DNA of 64,000 bases from Cyanophora paradoxa CCMP329 (Eukaryota; Plantae; Glaucophyta). The stretch lies in contig QPMI01000428.1 of NCBI GenBank assembly GCA_004431415.1, positions 124,001 to 188,000 on the forward strand. The letters are read 5' to 3'. A program made the position numbers and the translations under genes. Below are positions 23,130-35,300 of this stretch, one piece after another. Every line of letters begins with the position of its first letter. Position 1 is the stretch's first letter. The notes below the pieces were generated by a model. It worked only from the letters and a program-made list of their open reading frames with translations. It was not told the origin of the DNA and made no database searches.

Positions 23130-24588
23130 GCCTGCACCCAGCTGGGCCCACGCCGTGGACACCCCCCGGCCGCCGGTATCCGGTACCCGTCCGCATCCGG
23201 ATCCCGGCCGGGCCCCTCTTTTCCGTGATTTCCGCCCTTTCGGACGTCGACGTCCAGCCCCTCTCTCCCTTTCCTCTGTACATATATATACGGCGTACCT
23301 CCTTTTTAAGCCCCTGCGCATCTTGAGTAAGCCCTCTCGGCGTTCGTTACGCTTGCTTTTTTTTTTTGAAAGAGATAGGAAAGTAGATTGCAATTGATGG
23401 CACGAGCCACATCAACCTACCAACGGCATTCTTCGGGAATGCGGCTTGTCCCCTCCCGAGATCCCTATTTCTGCGAGATATAGTTTCAGCTCATATGCAT
23501 GAGTACTAAGTTAGCTCTCTGTCAGATTTTCGCAGTGTGCTGCTTGAAGTTTTGCTCCTAAACGTAGCACGACATCCGCGGCCGCTGTTTCCCCGCGATC
23601 GGCTGTGGCCGTTGGTTCTAGATCTCGCGATTCCGATTCCGAAGTTCGGCCCGCCGCCCCGTGTGATCGTCAATATTTAATCCGATCAGGATCAGTGTTT
23701 CATCGTGCAGGTTTCGATGTGCTTCCTGCGGCCCCCACTTATATAATTAAAGCCTTGAAGCTTCAAGGCTTGTCAAGCTGCTTCGATTCGTAGCGCAACC
23801 CCAGAGACTAGGCGTTATAGCTAGTTACTTTACCTAAGCTTAATTTATTGAAGTTGACAGCGCGCGTGGACCGGAGTGCGCGTGTACAGCTGAACTCGGA
23901 ACTTGCCGGCAGCTGCAGGCTGCAGCTGCTGGCCAACTGAATCTGCCGGCCGGCGCCGGCTGTCCGACGGTCTCTGCGATAACGTTTTAACTTAACGGAG
24001 TGCAACACGCGGGTCGCAGTACTAGTGACTAGCTGCTGATATCGATCATGAGACGGCCGGCCCGCGGGTGCGCACCCTGCCGATCATGAGACGGCCGGGT
24101 GGTACCTGAGTTCGAAACTCTAGTGCACGTGGCAGCTTGGCTGAGCAACTGGCAAACCAGCTTCCACAGGAAATTTGAAAAAGTCCTAACGGCTCCGAAA
24201 GAACCCGAACCGTAAAAAACTTGTAGCGGCAGTGCGCATGCCATGGCCAATTGCAACTACTGTTATATTCGAATTCAACTCCGGCTACTACTAGGCTAGG
24301 TCCGGGTCGCAGGCCGGGCTCGCAGCTGCAGCGCGTCCATAATATATGCGCATGCGCTGCTCCACCCCCGCCTGCAGCTGCCATCGCAAGCTCCCACCGT
24401 ACGCGTGGCACCGGTACGTATACCGCAACTTGCAATCATTTTGAATTGGCAACGGCCCGATCGATCGCGACTCGGCGAACCGGAGCGCGGCGCCGGCGCA
24501 GCCGCTGAGCTCCCGGAGAGTCCTAGCTTCTTTTCGGACGCGGCGCGCGGCCCGAATCGGCGAGGCCCCGACCTACTAGGGCTATAGG

Positions 24589-25201
24589 TAGGCCTGCGGC
24601 TTGCAGGCAAGCCCTTGAGCCAAGCCCTTGAGCCGGGCTGGGAGGTCAAGCCCTTACCTGCCTTTTGGCCGGCTCAAGCCAGCTCAAGCCCTGAACGAGG
24701 AGGGGGGAAGGCGTCGGAGGGGGGTACCGGACGCAGCTGGGCGCCTGCAGCGCATTCGAATCGAAGCTGATTTTGTTATAAGCCTGCGACGGCAACGTTA
24801 ATTAACACATGAATCTCATTCAACTTCAACGCGTACGGCCACGCGCGGCAGCCTGTGTGCACGTGCACGTGTGCACATGTATACGTATACGTACCCCTTG
24901 GTGCCGGCCGTGCCGCACGCGCGCGTTGGCGAGCCTAAAAATGCTATAAATGTTATAAAGTATATGTACGTATGCGTTTCTTTGTGAATTCGAAGCCAAA
25001 TATAAGCATTTCGCTGCGGTGCGAAGGGCCTTCGGAACGGTACCCCCCTCAGGCTTGCCGCAAGCCCGGCCAAGGGCTTGACCCGGCCGGGAGCCCAAGC
25101 CCTTGGGCCGGCCGGTCGACCGGCTTGGCTTGGCTTGACCGCGAGAGCCCGGGGCTTGGCTTGGCTTAAGCCGCCTTTCTGGCCGGCAAGCCGCACCCCT
25201 A
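24589..25201. mobile_element. Non-autonomous hAT-like DNA transposon (613 bp)
   Basis: TIRs TAGGCCTGCGGCTTGC / TAGGGGTGCGGCTTGC. Perfect 8-bp TSD GCTATAGG at 24581-24588 and 25202-25209. Subterminal CAAGCC/GGCTTG arrays around an AT-richer core. Confidence 0.85.
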
Positions 25202-25267
25202 GCTATAGGCCTACTGTACTACGGTCGGTCCGACGGTCGCGCACGCCGCGGAGTGTCACATGTACAG

Positions 25268-25375
25268 TGTGGGGGGGCCAGGGGGGCGGCTGCGCATGCG
25301 CGGGGGGAGAGGCCCGGAGGGGGGGGGGGGGGGGGATCCGGAGGGGGGCCGGGGGGGGGGGGGGGGGGGCGGGTG
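25268..25375 (+). repeat. Poly-G tracts (potential G-quadruplex)
   Basis: Several G runs, two longer than 15 nt. A similar G tract lies at about 10044-10074 in an intron of the GPI-protein gene. Confidence 0.7.
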
Positions 25376-26518
25376 TACAGCTGCAGCTGGCAGCTGCGCG
25401 GCTCGCCGGGCGGGACTCCCGGGACAGAGTGCGGTGCCCGCCCGCGGCCGCGGGTCACGGACTCACTGAGTCACGGCCCTCACGGGCCGGGTGGCCGGCG
25501 CCGGGTCGCAGGCGGCTCGCAGGCGGCCGCGGGCGGGGCGCGAGCGCTAGCAGCAGGCGCCGGCGGTGCGGACACTGCCGCCAGTGCGGAGCTCGAGGCA
25601 CGGCGCGCGGCGCGCGGCGGGCGGTGCCACTGCCGACGTCGCGGCTCACCGGAGTCACCGCCCGCTCCGACGTCGACGTCGACGGCTCGACGGCAGGCCC
25701 GGCGCGGGCAGGGCCCGGGGCGGAGCCGGAGCCGGGACTCCGGGAGGAGCTAGCCTCGGAGCCTCGGAGCGGCGGGCCCGGCCGGCGGGCCGGGCGGCGG
25801 CGGCCGGGCTCGCCGGCGCGGGCCGCGGGCGGAGCGCTTGGGACCATTCTCTAGATCTAGAAATTTTCGGTGGAGAGCGGGATTGCTTGAAGTATCCCCC
25901 TTGCAATTGGGCCGACCCAGGTCGACCCGGTCGGGTCGGCGCGGCCCGGGCGAGCCTCGACCCTAGGAGCGGGTCGGGTCGAGCCTGCGGCGCCTGGCAC
26001 CGTGTGGCACCGCCTGCGAGCCAGTGCGAGGCTGCGCCTAGGAAAATGTCGGCAAGATATCGATCCAGCGTGACTTTAATTTACTAGTAAGTTATTTCGT
26101 CAAAACTCGAATTAAAAGTACTAGTGCGCCGAAATTGTGGTTCGTTGGCATCCGACTGCCGGCCAGTCCGACTGCCTAGGCGGTGGGTACAATGATCCCT
26201 CTTCTGCCATACGTATACTGTATACATCTGCTGCGTGATGATCTGCAGCTGCACAATTCTGGCAGTTTCAAATATTCGGTTAACACGTACAGCCTAACAG
26301 CCAATTGCAATTATATATAATAACATATATAACTTAAGTTAACACTGTGAGTCTGTGAGTCCTGTGACAGTACAGTACAGTAGTAGTCATTTCGGGGACA
26401 TTTTTGGAGGTTGACGGTTCAATTAATGGTTCGATTTCGCAACCTGGCGGTTCGCTTTCACGGACTCCAGGCGTCACGACTTTGAAACTTCCGTTTAACT
26501 TCCGAAGTTCGGGCTTTA

Positions 26519-26779
26519 CCGTAATGCAGAATATTAAGGTCTGTACTTTATTATGTCGTCCCGAAATTATGTCGCCTCGGACGGGACAAAACGACATAAT
26601 TTGGGGACGTCATAATATGGGCTCGCTAAGCCGCCCCATACAGTACCCCAGAAATTTACTGCCCCATACAAGCCTGAAAATTTCATGCTGACATAATTTG
26701 GGGACGTCATATTTCGCATAGAGAAGGCTCGGGTTTTCAAACGACATAAATTTGCATGACATAATATTGTGTATTACGG
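26519..26779. mobile_element. MITE A, 261 bp, Tc1/mariner/pogo-like (TA TSD)
   Basis: Left TA|CCGTAATGCAGAATATTAAGGTC, right GACATAATATTGTGTATTACGG|TA. Internal repeated motif ATTATGTCG/CGACATAAT and an internal hairpin. Confidence 0.85.
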
Positions 26780-26874
26780 TATTTCGAACTTTGGGACTTC
26801 GGATCATCGGAGACGCCGATTCATCGGAACTTCGCCGTTACTTCGGATTCGTTCGGAATACTAGCTAGCGGGAA

Positions 26875-27593
26875 TAGGGCACTTGGCAGCGTGCCAGCGG
26901 CCCCCGCGGCCCGCCGCCCCCCGGGGCCCGGGGCCCGGGCCGGCCGCCGAACAGCTGGCTGGCTGCCAGGCTGGTTTTGGACTTCCGGGCTGGCCCAGCC
27001 CCCCGATTTGTCGGCAAGCCGGGCCAGCCCTTTTCGGCTTCGTTAACGTTCGGCGGCCAGCTGGTCGGCGACGCTGGCTGGGTGCTGGCTTGGGGCTAGA
27101 AGTGGGGCTTGAAGTCGTGGCTTGATAAGATCAACTGCCGCATGCGCAGTGCGTACAATCTTTTTTGTTTTGGGTGAATTACCGGCCACAGCGCTAGCCT
27201 CTAGTCTAGATCTACTCCAGTCTCCAGCACTGTACATGTACAATCTTAACAGCGCATTCTATGATAATAAAACAGTTATATATATAAAATTAAAGCGTCT
27301 CTAAGCAATATTAATTAAGACACCGGTACCGATTTTATCTAACAACGTGGGCTCTGCGCGCGGCTGGTCGGCTGGCCAGCTTGCCGGCCAAGTTTTCAGC
27401 TCCTAGCTGGAGGCTGGCCGCCGCCAGCTGGCCGGCCAAGTTTTGGCTGGAAGCTGGCGGCCAGCCCCGGCCCCCGGGCCGCTGGCTGGGCTTCGGCGGC
27501 TTGGGCTGGCCCGCTGGCCGAAGGGAGGGCAGACCGTCGGACTGGCCAGTGGGCCAGTGGCACCATGGTCCATGGCCACTGGCCAGTGCCCTA
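26875..27593. mobile_element. Degenerate non-autonomous hAT-like element
   Basis: Termini TAGGGCACTTGGCAG / TAGGGCACTGGCCAG (reverse complement). Dense subterminal GCCAGC/GCTGGC arrays around an AT-rich core. No clear TSD. Confidence 0.6.
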
Positions 27594-27719
27594 TAGCTAC
27601 TTCGGAACTTGCCCGGCCAGCTCAGCGGCTGGGGTCCTTGGGAATCCCGAAATTTGCCAAGTTGCAAAATTGGAACCTCCGGCGCACTATAGGTCATCGT
27701 AATTTGTTGCGTAAATTCC

Positions 27720-27925
27720 GCGTAAAACACAGAAATACCGCGCTTTTTTGGTACCGCGGTACATAATTACCTCAGTTTATATAATTACCTCATATTCAAT
27801 GATTATATTATTTTATATACCTCTATTTTCCTGCTGTGAGGCTCCGAGGCTCCATCTAGTACCCCACCAAATTACTGTCCCATACAAGCCTCAAATGTTG
27901 GACGTACCGCAGTAATTTGGTATGG
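27720..27925. mobile_element. Truncated third member of the MITE A/B family
   Basis: Same central core TACCCCACCAAATTACTGTCCCATACAAGCCTCAAA (27860-27895), with a third motif variant (TACCGCG / CCGCAGTAAT). Right TIR is missing. Confidence 0.55.
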
Positions 27926-27955
27926 CGGCTAGCTATAGCTTGTCACGCGTACGTA

Positions 27956-28216
27956 CCGTGTAACAGGAAAATACTGGACGCTGAAAATTAGTGGAGCCGG
28001 AAATTAGTGGACTGAAATCTGAACTCAGTCCACTAATTTCCGGCTCCACTAATTCCCTGATGAGAAGCGGTCTCATAGTATACCCCCCAGAATTACTGCT
28101 TTATACAAGCCTGAAACTTTTACGATCCACTAATTTCGGGCTCCAGTATTTTGCCTACGGGAGGGCCAAGTTTTACGATCCACTAATTTCCGATCTGGTA
28201 TTTTCCTGTTACACGG
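27956..28216. mobile_element. MITE B, 261 bp, Tc1/mariner/pogo-like (TA TSD)
   Basis: Near-perfect TIR CCGTGTAACAGGAAAATAC with TA on both sides. Perfect ~30-bp internal stem AATTAGTGGAGCCGGAAATTAGTGGACTGA...TCAGTCCACTAATTTCCGGCTCCACTAATT. Confidence 0.9.
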
Positions 28217-29300
28217 TACGCTGCTTGTGTCAGCCTTGTGACTCCAGTTCAACGGTTCAACGGTTGTGAGTCATAAATTACTCATAATCAATGCTGACGG
28301 TCTCGACTCAGTGACGATCCACTGACGGACACTGACGCCGTCGACGTCAGACCCGTCTGCAGCTGACGGTTGTCACTCAGTGACTGAGTCACTGCCTCTT
28401 GCCAGTTGCACTGCGGCAATTAATATTGCCCTGCAGCTGGGACTCCGAGCCTGGGAGTCCCATGCCCATTGCCCATGATCCCCCGTCACGGACGCCGGAC
28501 GGCACTGTCACGGCAGCCCGGCCGCAGCCGTCGGCACTGACTCGGCACTGGAGTCGGCAGGCCCTGAGTGACTGAGCTATGAGTCCCTGCCAGGCTGACG
28601 TCGACTCATGATCAGTGACTCAGTTAGGAGTCTTAGGACGTACGGCCGCGCGCGCCGCGGCGGTCCGCCGGCGGAGTCTACCGTAGTACGCCTAGTACGG
28701 AGTCCTACGGACGGACCATTCGAATTCTCAGCCTGGCAGAGTCTTCTAACTTAGTAAGTGACTGTAAGTCTACCGTTCGTTTTTCAAACCGTTTGAACTG
28801 AAGTTCCGAGCTCCTCAAATTGCCACTTTCAAGTTGTTCAGCCTGCAGCTGCAGCTGGCGGCGGACGAGCTCAGTGGAGGTGGCGGCGCGGCGTCACAAC
28901 GCTAACTTCACGCGTACATAACATACGGCAGCCTGGCAGGTCGCCTAATCGGCATCCCGTTCACGACGCGGCCGAGGGCTGCTCTTGCACGGCCGGTTAT
29001 GCTTTGATGGCGGCTGCCGGCAGTTCATCTCGCTGCAGCTGGCGGCGCATACCGCAAAAGGCTAGCGCTGTTACCGGAGATTCTGCCTCTCTTTTCGGAT
29101 CCTCTCAGCATACGTACGCGCAACGTTTCACTCGCTACAACAGCAAGGCCAGCTGTCCAGTTTCAGAAAGCTGCAGTTCACAGATTTCGGACCAGACGTC
29201 GACAGCCCAGAGCGAATCCTGCCCGCAGCATGCGCAGGCCCGCGCAACAATAAGCATGCGCCCGGCGTCGGCCAATTGCAAGCATATAGCTAGAAGAAGG

Positions 29301-32300
29301 ATGCCGTACAACCTAACACTCTCCAACAACGTTAACAGCCGTACAGCCGCGGCCGCTATTTTCCTGGTTCTGGTCTACTCGAGTTTCTGCACGGCGTTGG
29401 TCTCGGGTGCCGCCCTGGCCTTGCCCTGCCATAATTAAACGCCGGACGTGAGAAAAACGGGTTTCTCGCGTTGATTACGTTGATTGTGCCAGGTGCTCTC
29501 GAGGTTGTGGACGTGCCGCAGCTCGGGGACGTCATCACTCCTTCCGAGAACAATGTCATTTGCGACTCGGGCCTCTCTCCAGGCAACCCAGTGTGGTACA
29601 GTGCGCACTTCGTCATATCTTCTTTGACCTCGATCGCAACATTCGCTGGTCACGTGCAAGTGAACGTCAACCCGCGCTGATGCGGGCCCAGAAAACAATG
29701 CGACGTGTGTCGTATGGTGGCTCTGCTACGAGCCTGACGCCTGCGGCTCGATAGAGGTCGCGTTCCTTGCGGAGGACGGCGCAAACTACACGCGGGCGCA
29801 GCCCTGGGTGCCAGGTGAGATCGCGAGCTAGATCGAGACTTGACGCCGGGGCGCTGCGGCAGCTATCGGATTGATTGAGCGCTGGGACCCTCAGACACGG
29901 CCGACTGGATTTCAACGCCAAGCGCTCCTGTCACAAACGACACGCATTATCCGTGCGTATACGCGCCGCTCGAGGATTCCGGATCCGAGCTCGAGATCTA
30001 GACCCTAGGCCCCTAGATCTGTTGTCAACGCAAGTCGCCTCACCCGAAACGCGTGCGCAGCGGCTTCTTGATTGTGAAGTTCTCGTTCCGAATCGGCTTC
30101 CTCTCCGCCACAGTGCGTCACCAATCACGCAGCTTTCATTATGCATATGACAACTGTTCCTACATTAATCAATTGCAATATAATCTTGATCATCGCGTGC
30201 ACGATCATCACCGCAGAGAGTCAACTGGCTACCGCTCAGCCGGAGCCTCGTTTTGATGTGGAAGGACACTCGAACGGGGGTGGAAATCGACCCGAGCCTC
30301 CGGCGCGTCTACGCCGGCTCGCAGCTCTTCCAGGTCCCCATGTACTTCGACCGTGCGCTGCTCGATTGCATCATATATAAGCACACGCTCTGTGCCTCTG
30401 ACGCTCGTGCTGTACCTGCCAAAACGCAGCGCGCGGCAACGGCCCGCAGCTGGATATGATCACCTCCACCGGCTCCGACGCTTCCGACCTGATGAACCTA
30501 AGCAACTTAAACGTCGCGGTCCGCCAATGAATTCGAAGTTCCGCACTGCGGCAAAGCCGCTGCAATGAAGTCCTGCTTATTTTACACTGCGCTGTCGCTC
30601 AGGGCTACAACAAGAACTCTTACGGCCCCTTCCACGTCTATCTAAAGCAAGGCAAGCCAGCCGGCTTGCGCTAGTACTAGCTCAAAAACGAATCGAGAAA
30701 TCTTACGCGCCTTTCGAATTTGGGGGCAGGCTCCACGGGAACGCTCTTGTTTGACAACACGGACACGTCCGCCTCGTGGCGTGTCAAGCACCGCGCCCTC
30801 GGATCCTCTGCAAACTACACGTACTGGATGGACGGGTCCACAAAGTACAAGTGCGAGCATTTTCTGTTCTAGATCTATGGTTTGATTTGGATTATGAATA
30901 CCTGTGCTTAGCAACTCGATGACACTCGGCACATTCAACTACGCTGCGGAAATGCCGTCCGACGGGAGGCCTCTGGAGATTGTAGTGGAGACGCTTTCGG
31001 TGATCGACACCACCTGGAACTACACGGTCATTATTCTGCCCGTCGGGTCGCCCGCCGTCACGTACCCCCCCTGGACCGCCTCCCAGACGGCGATTGCGGA
31101 CGTTCTGACTTACAAGTGCGAATTGCGCTTGACGCCTGTTGATCGCGCGGAGGCGCCGGCCGACTTCTAATTACCCTTCGAACAGAGTCACTGTGAATGC
31201 AGCTGTTCCGTACTTCCGCGTCTGGTTCGGCACATCTGCATCGAACGAAGCTTACGTGCAGAGGAGCAGCAACAACACGATTCTCTGGGCTCATAACGGC
31301 GCAATCGCTCAATACGACATCGTGATTCCGTCTGCAAACGGGGTGCGCGTTCGTTCAAACTCGCCGCACCTTCGCACTGGTACTTGAACCGTTAACGCTG
31401 CCCTCAGTTTGGCGAGCGCAATCTCGTTTTCGACTTCCTCACGCCGCAAGGGAAGATTCCAAGGTCAGCTAATTATAACCTCACTGTTCCCGCGCGCGCG
31501 CCCGCAATGCCTAACGAGAGATCCGACGCTGCACCGCACCAGTGTGCTCGTGAAAGTGAAAGGCCTCGACGCGTTCGCGTGCTTCCCGTCCTCCGGCCGC
31601 GTCGCCGCTGGACGCCAGATCTTCGCGAGGGTCTCGGGCGCGACTGGAAGCGAGCGCCTTGTCTTCTCGTCAGACCTGCAGGGTGCCCATGTGCACCTGC
31701 CTCGATATTTAAACCCAGTCCGCTCTGTCCCAGTGGCGTTTGATGGGGGCTTGGGCAGTTACGCTCTCGGACTCGTCTGTGGTCACGCAAGCAAACCCTG
31801 TCGACACCAGCCCCAGCGGAGGGGTGACAGATCTGACGTACACAACATCGGTACGGCCTTCAGATCCGCACCCGCATTTCGTTCGCGTTGCGACCGTCCG
31901 CTCATGCTGAGTCGACGCCGGGTTCCTCGGCAGAGCGGGAAGGACAGCCTTGTCGTGACGTACCGCCTGCTTCCGAGCGTCGACTTCAGCGCCACGCCGC
32001 TCACTGTCGGCACCTGCTCGTACGCGGTCCTGGCTGCCGACGTGCAGTGCTCCCCTGCCCGAATCAGAAAGAGCTTCGCAGCATCAAACGTGCGTCCTCG
32101 AGCGGGATCCGGTCCATGCGAGACCGAACAGACGCAACTGACGGCTCCCTTCGCAGACCACCTGCGTCATCACCAAGCCCAGCGGCTCGGGCCTGGCCGA
32201 CCTGCAGACCAGCGACTTTGGGTTCGTCGCGGCGCGATCGGCGTTAGTGTCTTGCGCGCAGCGCGCGCGCCCTGACGAAGGACGGTCAGGGCTGGGGACG

Positions 32301-35300
32301 TGGTGGACGCGTCCATCGGGTCGCTGTCGGCGGTCACTGCCGCCGGCACGCAGCGCTGGACGCAGGTGTTCCTCGGGTCAGCGGCGGGCGCCACCAGCTT
32401 CGGCCCGACCTGGTCCCCCGCGGTCCTCGTCGCCTCGCAGCAGAGCCAGAATCTCATCCCCGCGTCGCGCTACGCCGTCGACGTGCTCGCCGTGGCTTCC
32501 GTCGTCTACAGCAAGTACAGGGTGGCCCTCGGCCAGCTAATCCAGGTCACGGTCCAGAGCGCGGCCGGCATTGCGATCCACGCGTCGGACTTTGCCGGAG
32601 ACATCGACCTCGCCGTCGCCTCCCCGACGGCCTCCGCGGACACTGTCCAGTTCTTCGTCAACCAGACCAAAGTGCGCACCTATATAATGTTTGCTTGCAT
32701 GGGCGCTTACTGCTTATATATATTGTATTTAACTTTTCCTCGCGGCAGCTCATCTCGAAGCCCTCCCCTCTGGCAAAGCTTCGCTGGGCGACCGAATTCG
32801 GGTCGTCTGACATTGTCGCGCCCAACGGGACGGTCATCGCCTTCGGGAGCGGCTCCTATGTTCAGACTGCGGATGCAAGCGTCTGCTGCGCGGCCACTCG
32901 GGTGCGCACGCGGCCGGCTGTCCCCTTGAGCTCCCGATTGCAAGAGTCTAACGTCGAACTCCATCTGCGCAGTTCTTCTCCGTCTTGGTGAACTACCTCC
33001 CGGATAGTACCGGCGCGTACCCGACGTTCCTGGCGAGCGACCTTACCTCGTCCGTCTCTGGCGCGACGACCACCATCGCCGAGGAGCGCGCCCCCGCCGC
33101 TTCCGGAAACGCGGTGCGCTTCTCTCAACTGCGACACCGCGAGCTTTAATTTTCTCTCGATTCGGCTCTGTCGCCAGCGCTGATCGACCTTCCCCGCCCC
33201 CGCAGTACGGCGTGACGTTCCGAGTCCCGGTGCAAGCGCCCTTGACGTACTCTCTGAGCTGGAATCCCTCGACGATCCTCGCCTCCGGAGTCGTCTACAG
33301 CTTCACCCCTACCATCATCATGCTGCAGCTGACCTGCCCCGCGAACGCCGCGAAGGGAACGACGGTGCGCCCTGCGATCCAAGAGAGGCGAAGTCCGCTG
33401 ACTTTTCTGCGTTAGATTGCATGCACGCTCAGCTCGTCCGCGGGATCGGCGGCGTACGACACTTCGCACATCGGCCAGCCCTACGTGCTGTACCCCGACG
33501 AGGGCACCTTCTCTCCATACACCCTCGTCAGCCCCGGAGTGTACTCGTTCACATTCACGAAGACGGATCTCGGGTCTGTTCACGTTCTGCTTGCGAGTGA
33601 TGATTGAAACGCGTTTCGGATTCTTTTTTATTTTGTTTAATCTCGTGTTTGCAGGACCTCGGCTTCAGCCATCCGCATCGACTTCGCTTCGTCGTACCTG
33701 CAAACGCTTTCGACTAGCGGTGATCGAAAGGTGCGGCGAAATCGAGCTCTGGGCTGCTGCTGCATGCATTTGCAGCCGACCGAAGGGGGCGCTCCCTGCA
33801 TGCAGGTCCTCGCCGCGACGTACACAACTCAATTCGTGAGCACCGTGTTGAGCTGCCCGCGGACCAGACTCCACGCGCTGGGCGGAACCGCCACGTGCTA
33901 CATGTGCGCACCAGGCTTCGCCGCGCGCACTCGCCGCACGTGAATATTGATCGCTGACCGCCTTCGTACAGCGACAAGGACACGTCCAGCAGTGGCATTC
34001 CAAACACTGACGTCTTCAACATTTCCAGCAGCGATCCCAGCCGAGTCTCCATTACCGCCATCACTCTCGTGAACGCGAACCGGGTTCGCGCGCGCGCGAT
34101 GGCCCCGTGAATTACCGGCTTGTTCTAAGCCTGACACTGATCGTGCGTGGCCCTGCAGCTGTCGTTCCAGCTGACGGTCGCGGCGGAGGCGCCCGTCGGG
34201 AACGTCTCCATTAGCGCCCACTACCAGAATCTGGAGGCGGTGAACCTGCAGGACGCGATCGTCATCGGGTCGCCTCTCACCGTCACGCTCCTCCGCGGCT
34301 CGCTCGCCTGCGACCGCGCCCGCATCGCCCTGGGGACCTCCGTGGACTGCCAGATCTCGACCTGGCCCGGCAGCATGGCGCTCGCGCTGTCGGACTTCGT
34401 GGCCGCCGCGACCGTGCCGGGCGGCAACCAGAACATCAACGGCTCCCTCGGCTTCACGGCGTCACCGAGCACCGGCAACCCGACGACCATCTCCGCCTCC
34501 TTCTTCACTGGCGGGCCGGCGCTGACGACGACCGTCCTCGTCGTCGAGGCGCTGCAGGTGCCCCGTCCGATCGTGGTGCGCGAGATCGCAGGCGAGCTAC
34601 GCTGAGCTGCAATGCCAGGTATTGTGCGCGAAAACGCGGGTTCAGGACGGATGCACCACGACCTGCACCATCCCCAAAGGTTCGCCGGCAATCCGATGTG
34701 ATTGTTCTCGAGCGCGCACCTGAACGCGCGCCGACGCAGCTGCAAGCTCGCCGGATTTGCTCGTCTCTGACTTGGCGCTTGCGGCCCCATCGCCCGCCTT
34801 CGGTTCTGTCAGCGGCCTGAGCGCGTCAGGCGGCGGAGCCCTCCAGTTCACGTACACGGGTGCGCTTGAATTGGTTTCGCGGCTGGCTAGCGCTCAGCTC
34901 GCAGCGGATTTCAACCGCACCCGTGTCCAGGCGCCCTGGGAGCCCCGACCGGAGTCACTCTCGGCTTCACGTACGGCACCAGCATCGACCCCGCCTCCTC
35001 CGTGTCGACCTCGGCGCTTCAGCAGGCGGTCTTTTCCGTGAGCATACCTTTGCTTTTATTATACAATTTCCTGCGGCAGTTCTCGTCGCTGAGCCGCGCT
35101 GACGCTCTCGTCGACGTTCGCCAGCTCTCGTCGCTCGGCACGCTGATGTGCGGCGTGCCCAGCACCAAAGCGTTCCCGTACGGCTCCTTCAAGATGCTGA
35201 AAGGCGTCAGCTACACTTGCTCGAGTGCGGATTCTGTGTGCCGCAGAGAGCTATTCACTCGCATGACGTTGGTCCCTTGTGCTGCGCTTCGCAGTCGCTC

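Noticed and set aside
500-23400. Many long Arg/Pro/Ala/Gly-rich ORFs on both strands (for example 4505-5986, 12219-13709, 15505-17253, 21566-22780)
   Set aside because: They are stop-poor GC-rich or antisense shadows of spliced genes, and they read through obvious introns.
26550-28200. CRISPR-like array or structured ncRNA suggested by spaced repeats and hairpins
   Set aside because: The repeats are short, in mixed orientation, and bounded by TIRs with TA TSDs, so MITEs explain them better. The context is eukaryotic and no cas genes are present.
23400-29200. Protein-coding genes or a transposase in the intergenic gap
   Set aside because: The short ORFs lack codon bias, a coherent splice chain and DDE motifs.
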